Source: an uncultured Opitutia bacterium (GTDB lineage: Bacteria; Verrucomicrobiota; Verrucomicrobiia; Opitutales; Coraliomargaritaceae). From it: DNA of 64,000 nucleotides. The stretch lies in assembly GCA_963922575.1 (NCBI GenBank), contig CAWUII010000001.1, positions 10,913-74,912 of the forward strand, written 5' to 3'. The notes below the pieces were generated by a model. It was not told where the DNA came from and did no database searches. It saw only the letters and a program-made list of their open reading frames with translations. How positions within the stretch are numbered: the first letter of the stretch is position 1; each line of letters opens with the position of its first letter. The position numbers were made by a program, and so were the translations under genes. This document shows positions 29,996 to 39,797 of this stretch, one piece after another.

Positions 29996-31228
29996 CTACT
30001 CGGATTTGTTGAAATCGACATAGGCTTCGCTCAGATCAGAGGTCAACATGCGGTAGTGACCATCACCCTGGTCTAAATCCAGAGTGATCCGGAAGCGCTT
30101 CCTAGTGACGATGGCCTTCCACTCGGCAAGTCTTTCATCCTGTGGTTTGCCGTTAATGAGCGCGGGAACCTCATCGTAGTAGATGCTGAAACAGTCTTCC
30201 TTTAATCCTACGCGTGCGTACCCGGCAGCATCGGCGAGTCGTCCCCAGTTTGGATCGGAGCCGTACCAGGAGGTTTTTACCAGAAGAGAATTGCCGACTG
30301 CCCGGGCAATTTTTTCAGCATCAGCACCGGTGCGACAGCCCTTGACGATTAACTCAACCAGCTTAGTAACTTTTTCACCATCACCGACAATCTTTTCAGC
30401 GAGGTCGTTGCAGACTTCGTTGACTGCTTTTTGGAACGCATCGAGAAGTTCGATTGTTTCATTTGCCTCAATGCCGGAAGCGCCATTGGCAAACAGTAGA
30501 ACCGTGTCATTGGTGCTCATGTCGCCGTCGACTGAGATGCGATTGAAGGTGAGGTCGCTGGCTTTCTTAAGCACGGTTTGGAGCAGGGCGTTTTCAGCTT
30601 TGATGTCTGTTACAAGAAAGGCCAGCATGGTTGCCATATTTGGCTCGATCATACCCGCACCCTTTGCCATCCCCGCAACAGTGATTTTTGTGCCCTTATA
30701 TTCAAATTGTGCAGTCGCGACTTTTCTGCGGGTATCCGAGGTTAGAATGGCATCAGCAGCATTCAACGAAGCGGATGGGCTCTTTTCAAGCTTTTGTGCC
30801 GCGTCTGCGATTCCCCGATGGATCGCGTTCATCGGAAGCTGCCGTCCAATACGGCCGGTGGAACAGACTAGAAACGGCGCTTTGATTCCGGTTGCTTTCT
30901 GAGCAATTTGAGCCATGGCCTCGGCATTTGCCATGCCTTGTTCGCCGGTGCAGGCGTTGGCATTGCCGCTGTTTACGACACAACCGGCAATGGTGTTACC
31001 ATTTTGGTCGATTATCGATTTGCAAAGTCTTACCGGGGCGGCGCAAACATCGTTGAGCGTGAATACTCCGGCTGCGCTGCAAGGAGAATCCGGGACTAGA
31101 AGAGCGAGGTCCAGGCTCGGATTACCTGTCTCGCGCACATCACTGTGAACGCCTGAAAACCGAAACCCCGGACAATCGAAAAGCCCATTTGATTGTTCAG
31201 CTAGATGCACTGTGATGGATGATGGCAT
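29996..31228 (-). CDS. argJ: bifunctional glutamate N-acetyltransferase / amino-acid acetyltransferase
   Basis: Autoprocessing region PNMATMLAFLVTD and C-terminal SEAYVDFN; 410 aa. Confidence 0.9.
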   Translation of the reverse strand: MPSSITVHLAEQSNGLFDCPGFRFSGVHSDVRETGNPSLDLALLVPDSPCSAAGVFTLNDVCAAPVRLCKSIIDQNGNTIAGCVVNSGNANACTGEQGMANAEAMAQIAQKATGIKAPFLVCSTGRIGRQLPMNAIHRGIADAAQKLEKSPSASLNAADAILTSDTRRKVATAQFEYKGTKITVAGMAKGAGMIEPNMATMLAFLVTDIKAENALLQTVLKKASDLTFNRISVDGDMSTNDTVLLFANGASGIEANETIELLDAFQKAVNEVCNDLAEKIVGDGEKVTKLVELIVKGCRTGADAEKIARAVGNSLLVKTSWYGSDPNWGRLADAAGYARVGLKEDCFSIYYDEVPALINGKPQDERLAEWKAIVTRKRFRITLDLDQGDGHYRMLTSDLSEAYVDFNKSE

Positions 31229-31407
31229 TTAAGAGAGAAGTTAGACTGGGAGCGCCGGTGTCCTCGCCGGCATAGCAGAGCTAATGAATACGTTGACACT
31301 CAACACTGTAGTACCGGCGGCGTCCCCAGTAACTAAAGGCCAGCACTTGTTTTGTAAGGATATGAACATAATGAACAGACTTCCAACTACTAACTCCCGA
31401 CTTCTTT

Positions 31408-32430
31408 TCAAAACAGACCGGCAGTTTCGTCGAAGCCGTACTTGAGATTAAGGATTTGAACTGCCTGACCGCTGGCGCCTTTGAGTAGATTATCAATGAC
31501 TGCCGTAATTACGAAGTTTTTCGTCCGTGGATCGTAGACTGCAGAGAGATCTGCCCGGTTTGTACCGACGACATTCAAGGTGTCCGGGAAAATGTCGCTG
31601 GGCAGGACGTTGACAAATGGCTTTTCCGCATAGGTTGCGTTCCAGACCTTGTAAAGTTCGTCAATTGATGCGCTGGCCTTTGCTACAATAGTTGTTGAGA
31701 TTCCCCTGGAAACCGGTGCGAGGTGCGGGTTAAACTGTACGATGCAATCGGTGAAGGCGGCCTTGCTAAGCTGTTCCTCGATTTCAGAGAGGTGCCGGTG
31801 TTTGGGCATGCCGTAGCCCTTCATGCTTTCGTTGCGCTCACAGTAGATAAAGTCTTCGGCAACTTTACGACCTGCGCCGCTGACGCCACTGTAGCTATTG
31901 ATAACAATGCCGGACGATTTGATGATATTATTTCGCAGGAGCGGAACGAGAGGCAGTTGGATGCTGGTTGGATAGCAGCCCGGGCAGGCGATTAGCGAAG
32001 ACTGCATCCACTTTTTATCGGCAAGCTCCGGAATAACGTAGACCGCTGCTTTCAGTAGATCGGGCGCCGGATGCGGATGACCATAGTAGGCTTGGTAAAC
32101 TGTCGGTGAATCAAGCCTGAAGTCCGCACTCAGATCCAGCACAGTCTTGCCTGCCTGAAACAAAGGCTGCGCAAATTCCGTCGCCACTCCGTGTGGCAAA
32201 GCCAGAAAGTAAACGTCTATATCGTCATCGGAGGCGAGTGCCTCCGGATCTGATTCGGAGAAGACGAGATCGCCGACCAGATGTTGCAGTGCAGGCATTA
32301 CTTCGGCAACCGGTTTGCCTGTAAGCGAGCGCGAAGTAACCGCAGACAGGGTCACGTCTGGATGTTTCGACAGAAGCCGGACCAGTTCCTCTCCGGAATA
32401 TCCGGAGGCGCCTACAATAGCCGCTTTCAT
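31408..32430 (-). CDS. argC: N-acetyl-gamma-glutamyl-phosphate reductase
   Basis: MKAAIVGASGYSGEEL N-terminus and active-site ACPGCYPTS. Confidence 0.9.
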   Translation of the reverse strand: MKAAIVGASGYSGEELVRLLSKHPDVTLSAVTSRSLTGKPVAEVMPALQHLVGDLVFSESDPEALASDDDIDVYFLALPHGVATEFAQPLFQAGKTVLDLSADFRLDSPTVYQAYYGHPHPAPDLLKAAVYVIPELADKKWMQSSLIACPGCYPTSIQLPLVPLLRNNIIKSSGIVINSYSGVSGAGRKVAEDFIYCERNESMKGYGMPKHRHLSEIEEQLSKAAFTDCIVQFNPHLAPVSRGISTTIVAKASASIDELYKVWNATYAEKPFVNVLPSDIFPDTLNVVGTNRADLSAVYDPRTKNFVITAVIDNLLKGASGQAVQILNLKYGFDETAGLF

Positions 32431-32592
32431 GTGATTAGTTGATTGTAAGGTGGAATAAGAATTTGTGCGGCGCGAGACATGTCCTGCGAAGCTCGTAGAG
32501 TGTAGCAGGGACGTGCCTGCGTTACTTTTTGAAGTTAAAAATTATACTTTCTAAGAAAACTTTTGGATAAATAACTGAAATCCTGGCTTGGT

Positions 32593-32634
32593 AAAAACAA
32601 AAACCCTCCGAAGCACTATGACGGCTAAGGAGGG
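32593..32634 (-). terminator. rho-independent terminator after rpsI
   Basis: Minus strand: ccctcc...ggaggg stem (32629-32634 / 32604-32609), followed by tttttgttttt (32593-32603). Confidence 0.5.
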
Positions 32635-32666
32635 CTTTGGAAATGCGTCTGCGCCGCTGGGCTGTA

Positions 32667-33059
32667 TTAACGCTTGGAGAATTGGAAGCGTTTGCGTGCT
32701 CCGGGTTGTCCTGCTTTTTTGCGTTCTCGCGAACGCGGGTCACGGGTGAGAAGACCTTCCCGTTTTAGAGGAATTCTAAATTCTCCATTAAGTTTTTCAA
32801 GCGCACGGGCAATACCTAGACTGGTTGCGACTGCCTGACCATTGAGCCCGCCACCATCGGCTTTTACGATAATATCGACTTGGTCGCTCATCTCAGCTAT
32901 TTGGAGTGGCAAGAGGGCAGAGCGTGTAAAATCTTCTGCTTTAAAGTAATCAGCAGGTTCTTTACCATTGACGACGATACTGCCACTGCCGGGAGTTAGT
33001 CGCACGCGAGCCCTGGCTTTTTTGCGGCGACCGATGGTTACAAATGTCTGTTTGTCCAT
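32667..33059 (-). CDS. rpsI: 30S ribosomal protein S9
   Basis: GGGLNGQAVATSLGIARAL and C-terminal ARKRFQFSKR. Confidence 0.95.
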   Translation of the reverse strand: MDKQTFVTIGRRKKARARVRLTPGSGSIVVNGKEPADYFKAEDFTRSALLPLQIAEMSDQVDIIVKADGGGLNGQAVATSLGIARALEKLNGEFRIPLKREGLLTRDPRSRERKKAGQPGARKRFQFSKR

Positions 33060-33081
33060 AATTATTTAATTATTTAAAGTG

Positions 33082-33510
33082 TTACTTAGCCAGTGGCTTA
33101 GGTTGTTGTGCTTCGTACGGATGCTCGGGGCCTGCGTGGATTTTAAGCTTTTTGAGCATTTGGCGACCCAGCCGATTGCGAGGCAACATCCCTTTTACTG
33201 CATGTTCGATAATGAATTCTGGCTTTTTTTCACGCATTTCATCCATGGATATGTAGCTTTCGCCACCCATCCATCCGGAGTAAAACATGTAGCGCTTGTC
33301 GCTGTTTTTCTTGCCGGTGACTTTTATCTTTTCGGCGTTAACTACAACTACATAATCTCCGGTGTCAGTATTAGGTGTATAAGTAGGTTTGTGTCGACCG
33401 CGCAACACATTGGAAATTTTCACAGCAATGTGACCAAGTGTTTCCTCTGCTGCGTCGACCAGATGCCAGCTTTTAGAGTGGTCTGTGGATGTTGCTAAAG
33501 TTGTCTTCAT
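33082..33510 (-). CDS. rplM: 50S ribosomal protein L13
   Basis: WHLVDA...LGHIA...LRGRHKPTYTPNTDTGDYVVVVNAEKI; the rplM-rpsI pair. Confidence 0.95.
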   Translation of the reverse strand: MKTTLATSTDHSKSWHLVDAAEETLGHIAVKISNVLRGRHKPTYTPNTDTGDYVVVVNAEKIKVTGKKNSDKRYMFYSGWMGGESYISMDEMREKKPEFIIEHAVKGMLPRNRLGRQMLKKLKIHAGPEHPYEAQQPKPLAK

Positions 33511-33655
33511 GATTTATGAGAAAACCTCTAAAGCTGGAATTTTAGTAACATCTGTCAATAAATTTTTTGAATTCCTGCGCTTTTTTATTGCAAACATATT
33601 AATAAGCCGGATTTTAAATGGTTTTTAAGAGTTCAATTTTAACAGGAGTGTCATT

Positions 33656-33871
33656 TTGAGAGACGACTATTTACAGGCAGCACAATTAGTAATTCCCGAT
33701 CCAAATATTTTGGTCAATGTTATTTCGCGTCGCGCGAAACAACTTAAAAGCGGTTATAAGCCACTGATCGAGTCGCTGGAGCGTCTTGCAGCGGAAGATA
33801 TTGCCTTGCGCGAGGTCATCGAAGGTAAAATTAGTTACCAGTTGGGCGAAGATGAAACAGAGGCTGTTTAA
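33656..33871 (+). CDS. rpoZ: DNA-directed RNA polymerase subunit omega (TTG start, AGGAG 8 nt upstream)
   Basis: NILVNVISRRAKQLKSG...IALREVIEGKISY matches the RpoZ core pattern. Confidence 0.75.
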   Translation: MRDDYLQAAQLVIPDPNILVNVISRRAKQLKSGYKPLIESLERLAAEDIALREVIEGKISYQLGEDETEAV

Positions 33872-33939
33872 ATGCAGCGCTAATTCGTGTAGCTGATCTC
33901 GCTATGGCCTTTTCCCTTAACTGAAAGGGCAATATTACA

Positions 33940-34416
33940 GTGTGTGCAAAGAAGAAAAAAGCGAACGACCGGATCAGGGAGATTCGCAACGGAAAAGCTC
34001 ACCACAACTACTTTGTTGGTGATCGTTTTGAGGCGGGGATTGTCCTGAAAGGCACCGAGGTCAAAGCGATCCGCTCTGGGGATGCGCAGATATCAGAAGC
34101 GTTTTGCCGCATTGAGAATAGTGAATGCTGGCTCTACAACTCACATATCGGTGAGTATAAGTTTGGTAATCTGCAAAACCATCCACTGCGGCGAAAGCGC
34201 AAATTACTGCTGCGTCGTCGGGAGATAAATAAGCTCTTTGGCGCAATGGAAACCGGTGGGAAGTCTTTGATTCCACTGCGCATGTACATCGCTCACGGTC
34301 TGATCAAGATTGAGATCGCGCTGTGTGTTGGCAAAAAGCTGTTTGATAAACGCGAAACTTTGAAAAAGAAGGTCTTGATGCGCGAGGCAGAGCGCGATCT
34401 CAACCGTCGCAGATAA
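33940..34416 (+). CDS. smpB: SsrA-binding protein (GTG start)
   Basis: NRKAHHNYFV..FEAGIVLKGTEVKAIRSG and the C-terminal basic tail KRETLKKK. Confidence 0.9.
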   Translation: MCAKKKKANDRIREIRNGKAHHNYFVGDRFEAGIVLKGTEVKAIRSGDAQISEAFCRIENSECWLYNSHIGEYKFGNLQNHPLRRKRKLLLRRREINKLFGAMETGGKSLIPLRMYIAHGLIKIEIALCVGKKLFDKRETLKKKVLMREAERDLNRRR

Positions 34417-34437
34417 TCATGATCCGGCTCTGCCGGA

Positions 34438-34992
34438 TTATAGTCCCACTTCTTTTTCAAGGAGTAGGATTCTCTCTTCGACGGGAATAGCCGGCATTTC
34501 GATGACTTCGATGTCACATTCTTCGTAAGCAGTTTGAAGGGCATGTTGTGTCATCTGCGCTTCTTCAAACGATTCTGATCGAATATGGTCGCTTTGATAA
34601 GTGCCTACAAAGTCGCAAAAGAAGGCTTTCCGGTAATGCGCAGCTTTGATTTGATTGTGGAGATCAGACAAAAGGTGCTCGCAATCGTTCATTTTCGCAT
34701 AGGCAATCGTGTCGATCAGAGACCGGTCGAGTATTGCTAGTCCAGGCTCCGACGGCAGATCTTTTTCCAGTTCAATGGCCTTCGCAATTACTTTGGGGCC
34801 GAAGGCAGCGTAGTTATTCCAGGGAAATGTACCGACATAGCCCTCTTGCGATTTTTCTTGCCGGTATTCATTTTCGATTACCAGCGTCGCCGCTTCAGGA
34901 ATATATATGTAATCCGGATGTCTGGATTTAAGCACGCCTAAAAGGGTTGTTTTACCCGTGTGAGGTGCGCCGGTGATAATTATTTTTACCAT
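34438..34992 (-). CDS. P-loop ATPase of the NadR/AAA_28 type
   Basis: MVKIIITGAPHTGKTTLL Walker A and ILDRSLIDT (Walker B-like). The ATG overlaps the stop of the upstream gene (ATGGTAA). ORF-track start 35061 trimmed. Confidence 0.75.
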   Translation of the reverse strand: MVKIIITGAPHTGKTTLLGVLKSRHPDYIYIPEAATLVIENEYRQEKSQEGYVGTFPWNNYAAFGPKVIAKAIELEKDLPSEPGLAILDRSLIDTIAYAKMNDCEHLLSDLHNQIKAAHYRKAFFCDFVGTYQSDHIRSESFEEAQMTQHALQTAYEECDIEVIEMPAIPVEERILLLEKEVGL

Positions 34993-37109
34993 AGTCGTTT
35001 TCTTTGAAACAGGGATAGTATTTCTCGTGGATTGGCTACTTGGTAATCCGGTTTTGCACAATAGAGGTCCACGGAATCGGAATTCACTAGTATGGTTTTC
35101 ATGCCGATACTGTTGCCGGGGATAACATCATCCGTCTGTTTGTCACCCACATATATGGCGCGTTCCGGTGTAACTCTCATTTTTTCGAGTGCGGTAAGAA
35201 TCGGTTGCGGGTGCGGTTTTCGTTCCTCGCAGTCATCTCTGTTAATTACAACGTCAAATGCTTTATCAATTCCATGCATGGACAATAATCTTGGCAGGGA
35301 ATTCGAGCCTCGTGTGCTTACCAATCCGATCTTATAGTTTTGCCCCCTTATGTAGCTGAGAAGTTCAAGTGTTCCATCGGCGAGGCGAAACCGGTCATCG
35401 AATTGACCGGAGACTGCCTGATTGATTGCCTGAAATTGATCTTCAGTCAGTAGTGTACTCGGATTTCTCTTATTGTATTCCAGTACCATCAACTTTCTCA
35501 TTTCGCGATAGTCAGACAAGTTGCCGAATTGCTTAATTTCCTCGGGAGTAAAATGCATTTTCAATTGTTCAGAAATAGCTCCGAGGCGAGCATGCAGTTC
35601 ATCCTTGTCGCCGACTTGCAAGGTATTATCAAAATCAAACAAGACTGCATCCAGCCCTATCAAATTATGAAGAATCCCTGAATTCACATTTGACCGCAGC
35701 GCTTTGTAATCACTTACAGCTCTCTTTGCGTTTTGTGCAGCAACCCCAGTATAGGTTTCAGGTGTTGCCGCAAGCAGTCTTTCCTTGATTTCAGAGTCGG
35801 GCACTTCGGATTCAATGACTTCTCTCAGGGACTCACGGTCAAGGCTTCGTCCTCGTGTCAATTGTTTAATCTTCATGTAAATGTCGTTTACGCCAAGCAG
35901 TCTCCCTCCGATTTGAACCGCTTCGCTTAAAACTTCAGGAGTCGTTCTCAAATCATTGAGTGCCTGCTGGTCATTGACTCGCAACGTTTCCAGACCTTGG
36001 GAAATATAAGTAAATCCCACCAGGCTGCCACCAAACATTTCACCGTATAGTCGCTCCCATGGATGATCCGTCAGATCGCGTTCAAAGACACTTAAAAGCA
36101 ATCCGTCCCTTGCTCCGTCAATCAGTCGATTGGTGATTTCAAAATACCCCTGGCCAACTTCAAAGAACCATGGGTTGATTTTATGAGGCATCACTGAAGA
36201 GCCCACATGAGATGCCTTTCCTTCCTGATAGAGCCAGCCCATCATCACATTGTGTCGTACATTTTCGCAAAGATCAGCTGCGAAAGTATTTGCAATGCCA
36301 ATTTCCTGCAGGATCCGGACGATGTCCTGATGCGAGATTCTTTGGTTTTCAACCGGAGCGTATTCAAAACCGAAACTTTCTACAAAACCTCGCGCGTAAG
36401 CTTCCATATCAAAGTCCGGAACAACTGTATGCATGGCATTGTGGTTCCCGACAGGCCCCGAAAATTTCCCCTTTAACCTTAATCCAGAAAGGTGTGCGAT
36501 ACTGTCCGTGAACTTATCCAGAGTGTAGCCAAACCGTTTTCCAACAGTGGTTGGCGAGGCATTCATACCATGGGTTTTTCCAAGAATTGGAACGTCCGCA
36601 TGTTCTTCAACGATCGCAGCCAGTTTATCCAGAGCTTCAATGACCTTAGGCAACCAGACTTGGTTAATGGCGTCACGTATCATCAGATTGTACGCCAGGT
36701 TATTAACATCCTCGGAAGTCATTGGGAAGTGGACAAATTCCAAAAACTCCGCAAGACCCTCATTTTGCAGGCGTTCCCTCAAGTAGAGCTCTACACTCTT
36801 GACGTCATGCTCAGTCGGTCCAATGCCATTCCTTCCGAAATGGTCGTAATCATTGACTGCAGAAGCGTCGAACGAGCCTTGAGAAACGATTTCTCTAAGT
36901 TTAACCCTCTGTTGTTCGTTGATGGTGGGCTTGTTGGGCAAGTTGCTGTCTGCCAAGCTTATAAGATTCTCAACTTCAACGACAGCCCGGTATCGATGCA
37001 GGGCGCCCTCCGATAAGATGGTTCTCAGACCTTCTGTGAAAAGTGCTTCCCTGCCATCAAACGGACTTAGATTTTTCAGGGATAGGTGGGATAATTCTCT
37101 TGGCTCCAT
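34986..37109 (-). CDS. adenylosuccinate lyase-like domain fused to a C-terminal HAD-IA phosphatase domain
   Basis: N-terminal ~470 aa: SPFDGR, TSEDVNNLAY, GKTHGMNASPTTVGK and the fumarate-lyase signature GSSVMPHKINP. C-terminal ~220 aa: HAD motifs LFDFDNT, GLVST, RKPHPQP and YVGDKQTDD. Confidence 0.85.
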   Translation of the reverse strand: MEPRELSHLSLKNLSPFDGREALFTEGLRTILSEGALHRYRAVVEVENLISLADSNLPNKPTINEQQRVKLREIVSQGSFDASAVNDYDHFGRNGIGPTEHDVKSVELYLRERLQNEGLAEFLEFVHFPMTSEDVNNLAYNLMIRDAINQVWLPKVIEALDKLAAIVEEHADVPILGKTHGMNASPTTVGKRFGYTLDKFTDSIAHLSGLRLKGKFSGPVGNHNAMHTVVPDFDMEAYARGFVESFGFEYAPVENQRISHQDIVRILQEIGIANTFAADLCENVRHNVMMGWLYQEGKASHVGSSVMPHKINPWFFEVGQGYFEITNRLIDGARDGLLLSVFERDLTDHPWERLYGEMFGGSLVGFTYISQGLETLRVNDQQALNDLRTTPEVLSEAVQIGGRLLGVNDIYMKIKQLTRGRSLDRESLREVIESEVPDSEIKERLLAATPETYTGVAAQNAKRAVSDYKALRSNVNSGILHNLIGLDAVLFDFDNTLQVGDKDELHARLGAISEQLKMHFTPEEIKQFGNLSDYREMRKLMVLEYNKRNPSTLLTEDQFQAINQAVSGQFDDRFRLADGTLELLSYIRGQNYKIGLVSTRGSNSLPRLLSMHGIDKAFDVVINRDDCEERKPHPQPILTALEKMRVTPERAIYVGDKQTDDVIPGNSIGMKTILVNSDSVDLYCAKPDYQVANPREILSLFQRKRLW

Positions 37110-37540
37110 GTTGTATCTTCGGCCTGGTTTGTGTCAGTAATAAAATTGTTAAAAGCGCAGGCTGTTATCCGGAATTATTGATTGCAAGCCTGTTCATACT
37201 CTCTTGTGCCGTAAAGCCGGTTTGATTGTGCCTGTAGTAAAAATCAGTCATAGCAAACCTTCAAGAATTTGCTATCAGCTGCCAGCAAGGCTGCGAATCC
37301 CGGATCGTTGTGTTTGTAATTCTTACCCCACCGTGCAACTCTTTACTGGAGAGTCTTAAATTCTCTGTTTATAGACCCTGTTGTAGCACCGATACTCGCC
37401 TGACCTGATCTTGTCGATGGTGTCGCTGTTTCTGAATTATCCACATAAAGAGCTTCGAAAAAGCCACAGGTTGGGATTGCACGGGTAGTAGCAGAAAACG
37501 ATAACTGTTTCTTCTGGTAAACTAACTACTTACATATCTT

Positions 37541-38623
37541 ATGACTAGTATGGACGTAACAGAACGATCGCTTGCAATGGATAAACGTTATGCGCCCTTT
37601 GCGGATTGGCGTTCAATTCTCGATGAAGGTTTTTTTGCAGGGGCTTCAGAAGAGCGATACTGGCGCACACCAGAGGAGATTTTTGCGCTCCGGTCAAAAG
37701 GAGATTTGCCGTTGAAGGGACTTCGATTGGTTCTGGATCCCGGCCATGTCGGTGGTCAGTGGGCGGCACATGAAGACCGCGAGTTTCGTATCCACAAAAA
37801 GGATTTTTACGTTCGTGAAGCAGAGTTGACTCTGGAAGTGGCCAGGCATGCATATACTCTATTGATTGGACTGGGCGCAGAAGTGACGTTGTTGCGCGAG
37901 GAACTGATACCGGTTAATCCAAAGCGGCCCGTTGATTACCTCCGGGAGGTAATGGAGCAGCTGCCGTTTCCGGACAGCCATACGCCGGAAGCCTGCAAAA
38001 ACTATGCTGAAGCTGTGCGCAGTAAAGCCTTAAGAAAGGCGTTGGTCGCCGGTGAGTTAACGGAGCGCGCACGTCTGATAAATGAGGTAATTCGGCCGGA
38101 TGTACTTATCTCAATACATACGAATGCGACTGCCTGGCCCGGTGCTGCCGAGGATGGTTCGGTTGATGTGTTACAACTGGTAGACTCCAATGACTTACAT
38201 GTTCTGATATTTGGTTGTATGGATGAAGGAGAGCTGAAGTCTGAACAACAACAAGCGCACCTAGCCGCTAAACTGCTCAACGGCAGTGGTGCCGTTGAGC
38301 AGTGGCTCGGTAATATTATGTCTACGGTGCTGGCAGGTGTAATGCAGCTGCCGCCAGCAACCTATGAGAAGCAGAATGCAGTGCTACTGGACTCGGACAA
38401 GCCGTACGTCTATGCAAGAAATTTGCTGATACTGCGCATGGCGGAATGTCCGACAGTGCTACTGGAACCGTATATCGTCAACAGTAAGCCGGTTTATCCA
38501 CGACTGCAGTCTGCGCTTGCTGACCGGGCAGAGGGGAACTCCCCGGCAAACGATGACATACTTGTCGAATACGCAAACGCAGTCGTTGCCGGTGTGCTTA
38601 AAGCTTACGCAGGCGCTGAGTGA
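37541..38623 (+). CDS. N-acetylmuramoyl-L-alanine amidase (Amidase_3-like)
   Basis: LVLDPGHVGG, ELTLEVA and LISIHTNA motifs typical of AmiA/B/C-type zinc amidases. Confidence 0.7.
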   Translation: MTSMDVTERSLAMDKRYAPFADWRSILDEGFFAGASEERYWRTPEEIFALRSKGDLPLKGLRLVLDPGHVGGQWAAHEDREFRIHKKDFYVREAELTLEVARHAYTLLIGLGAEVTLLREELIPVNPKRPVDYLREVMEQLPFPDSHTPEACKNYAEAVRSKALRKALVAGELTERARLINEVIRPDVLISIHTNATAWPGAAEDGSVDVLQLVDSNDLHVLIFGCMDEGELKSEQQQAHLAAKLLNGSGAVEQWLGNIMSTVLAGVMQLPPATYEKQNAVLLDSDKPYVYARNLLILRMAECPTVLLEPYIVNSKPVYPRLQSALADRAEGNSPANDDILVEYANAVVAGVLKAYAGAE

Positions 38624-38840
38624 TTTTTGCAGCCTTGGTTAAAGAGTCGAGAGGTCAGGTGTCCAAAAGTACCTTTGTGAACCTATTTCAATACGAAGAT
38701 TACTGATTGAATTTGCAAAAAACAAACGACTTGAGATCGTATAAAAATCTTAACTCTTTTTCTTTGCGATAGATTGCAGATGCTTTCATAAAGTCATACT
38801 TACTAACTATCCCGCAGCCATTCCTCGTATATCAAGTACT

Positions 38841-39776
38841 ATGCAGAAAATCATTGTTTTGTTGTTTTTCCTGATCAGCTTCCACTGCCTGTTCGCTAAT
38901 CATACGATAGAATTGAAAAACGGCAGTACAATTCAGGGAGACATCGTCCTGGAGCATTCTGATGCGTACTATGTTGATGTGGGATTTGATCTGATGATGA
39001 TACCTAAGGAAGCAGTTCTCCGGTTGAGTGAGAAAGACGCTGAGAGTGGTCCATCGATCAGTGCCGATTCATACAGTAAACTTTATCGCGTATCGAACAA
39101 TCACAGTGACCGACCCATTCGAGAATGGGTCGAGCAACTGGGCGAAGGGGTCGCTCTGATTCAGACGCCGATCGGTTTGGGGTCTGGTTTTGTTATTCAC
39201 CGGGACGGTTATGTTGTCACCAACGATCACGTAATCTCCGGAGAACATCGCATTTCAGTAACTATTTTTAAAAAGAGTGAAAATGAACTAAAAAAAGTTA
39301 CCTACGAAAATGTACGAATTGTTGCTGCCAGTTCGGAGCTGGATCTGGCCCTACTAAAAATCGAATCAGAGGCGGATGCCTTTGATACCGTACCTCTGGC
39401 TGCCGGGTATGGTGAAGTGCACGATGGACAAACCGTATTTGCAATCGGCAGTCCCCTAGGCTTGGACCGGACGGTTTCGGAGGGTATTATCAGTATTACC
39501 AACCGTGTGCTTGGCGGTCGTCTCTACCTGCAAACGACGACTCAGATCAATCCGGGCAACTCCGGTGGACCCTTGTTTAACTTACGTGGCGAGGTGGTTG
39601 GTGTGAACAATATGAAAGTTGCTGCAATTGGAGCAGAAGGCCTTGGATTTGCCATTTCTCTGCGCGTCCTAAAATCATTTCTTGATAATCGCGACGCCTA
39701 TGCCTTTGATCCTCGCAACCCGAATACAGGCTTTCGTTATATAAGCCCACCGGAGCTAGACTCAAACAACCATTAG
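38841..39776 (+). CDS. secreted trypsin-like serine protease (S1C, no PDZ)
   Basis: Signal peptide. Catalytic triad contexts VVTNDHV, LDLALLK and NPGNSGGPLFN. Confidence 0.85.
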   Translation: MQKIIVLLFFLISFHCLFANHTIELKNGSTIQGDIVLEHSDAYYVDVGFDLMMIPKEAVLRLSEKDAESGPSISADSYSKLYRVSNNHSDRPIREWVEQLGEGVALIQTPIGLGSGFVIHRDGYVVTNDHVISGEHRISVTIFKKSENELKKVTYENVRIVAASSELDLALLKIESEADAFDTVPLAAGYGEVHDGQTVFAIGSPLGLDRTVSEGIISITNRVLGGRLYLQTTTQINPGNSGGPLFNLRGEVVGVNNMKVAAIGAEGLGFAISLRVLKSFLDNRDAYAFDPRNPNTGFRYISPPELDSNNH

Positions 39777-39797
39777 CTGCCACCCATTAACCCATTT

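Noticed and set aside
31281-31496. 71-aa minus-strand ORF overlapping the 3' end of argC.
   Set aside because: It overlaps the argC C-terminus in another frame and extends into the hairpin-containing spacer. No support exists beyond the open frame.
37110-37540. Purine or ZTP riboswitch upstream of the PurB-like gene, and an SRP-RNA-like CAGGTCAGG string on the minus strand near 37400.
   Set aside because: The conserved riboswitch cores could not be found by eye. The CAGGTCAGG string lacks the GGAA tetraloop and GCAGCC partner of 4.5S RNA. An Infernal scan would be decisive.
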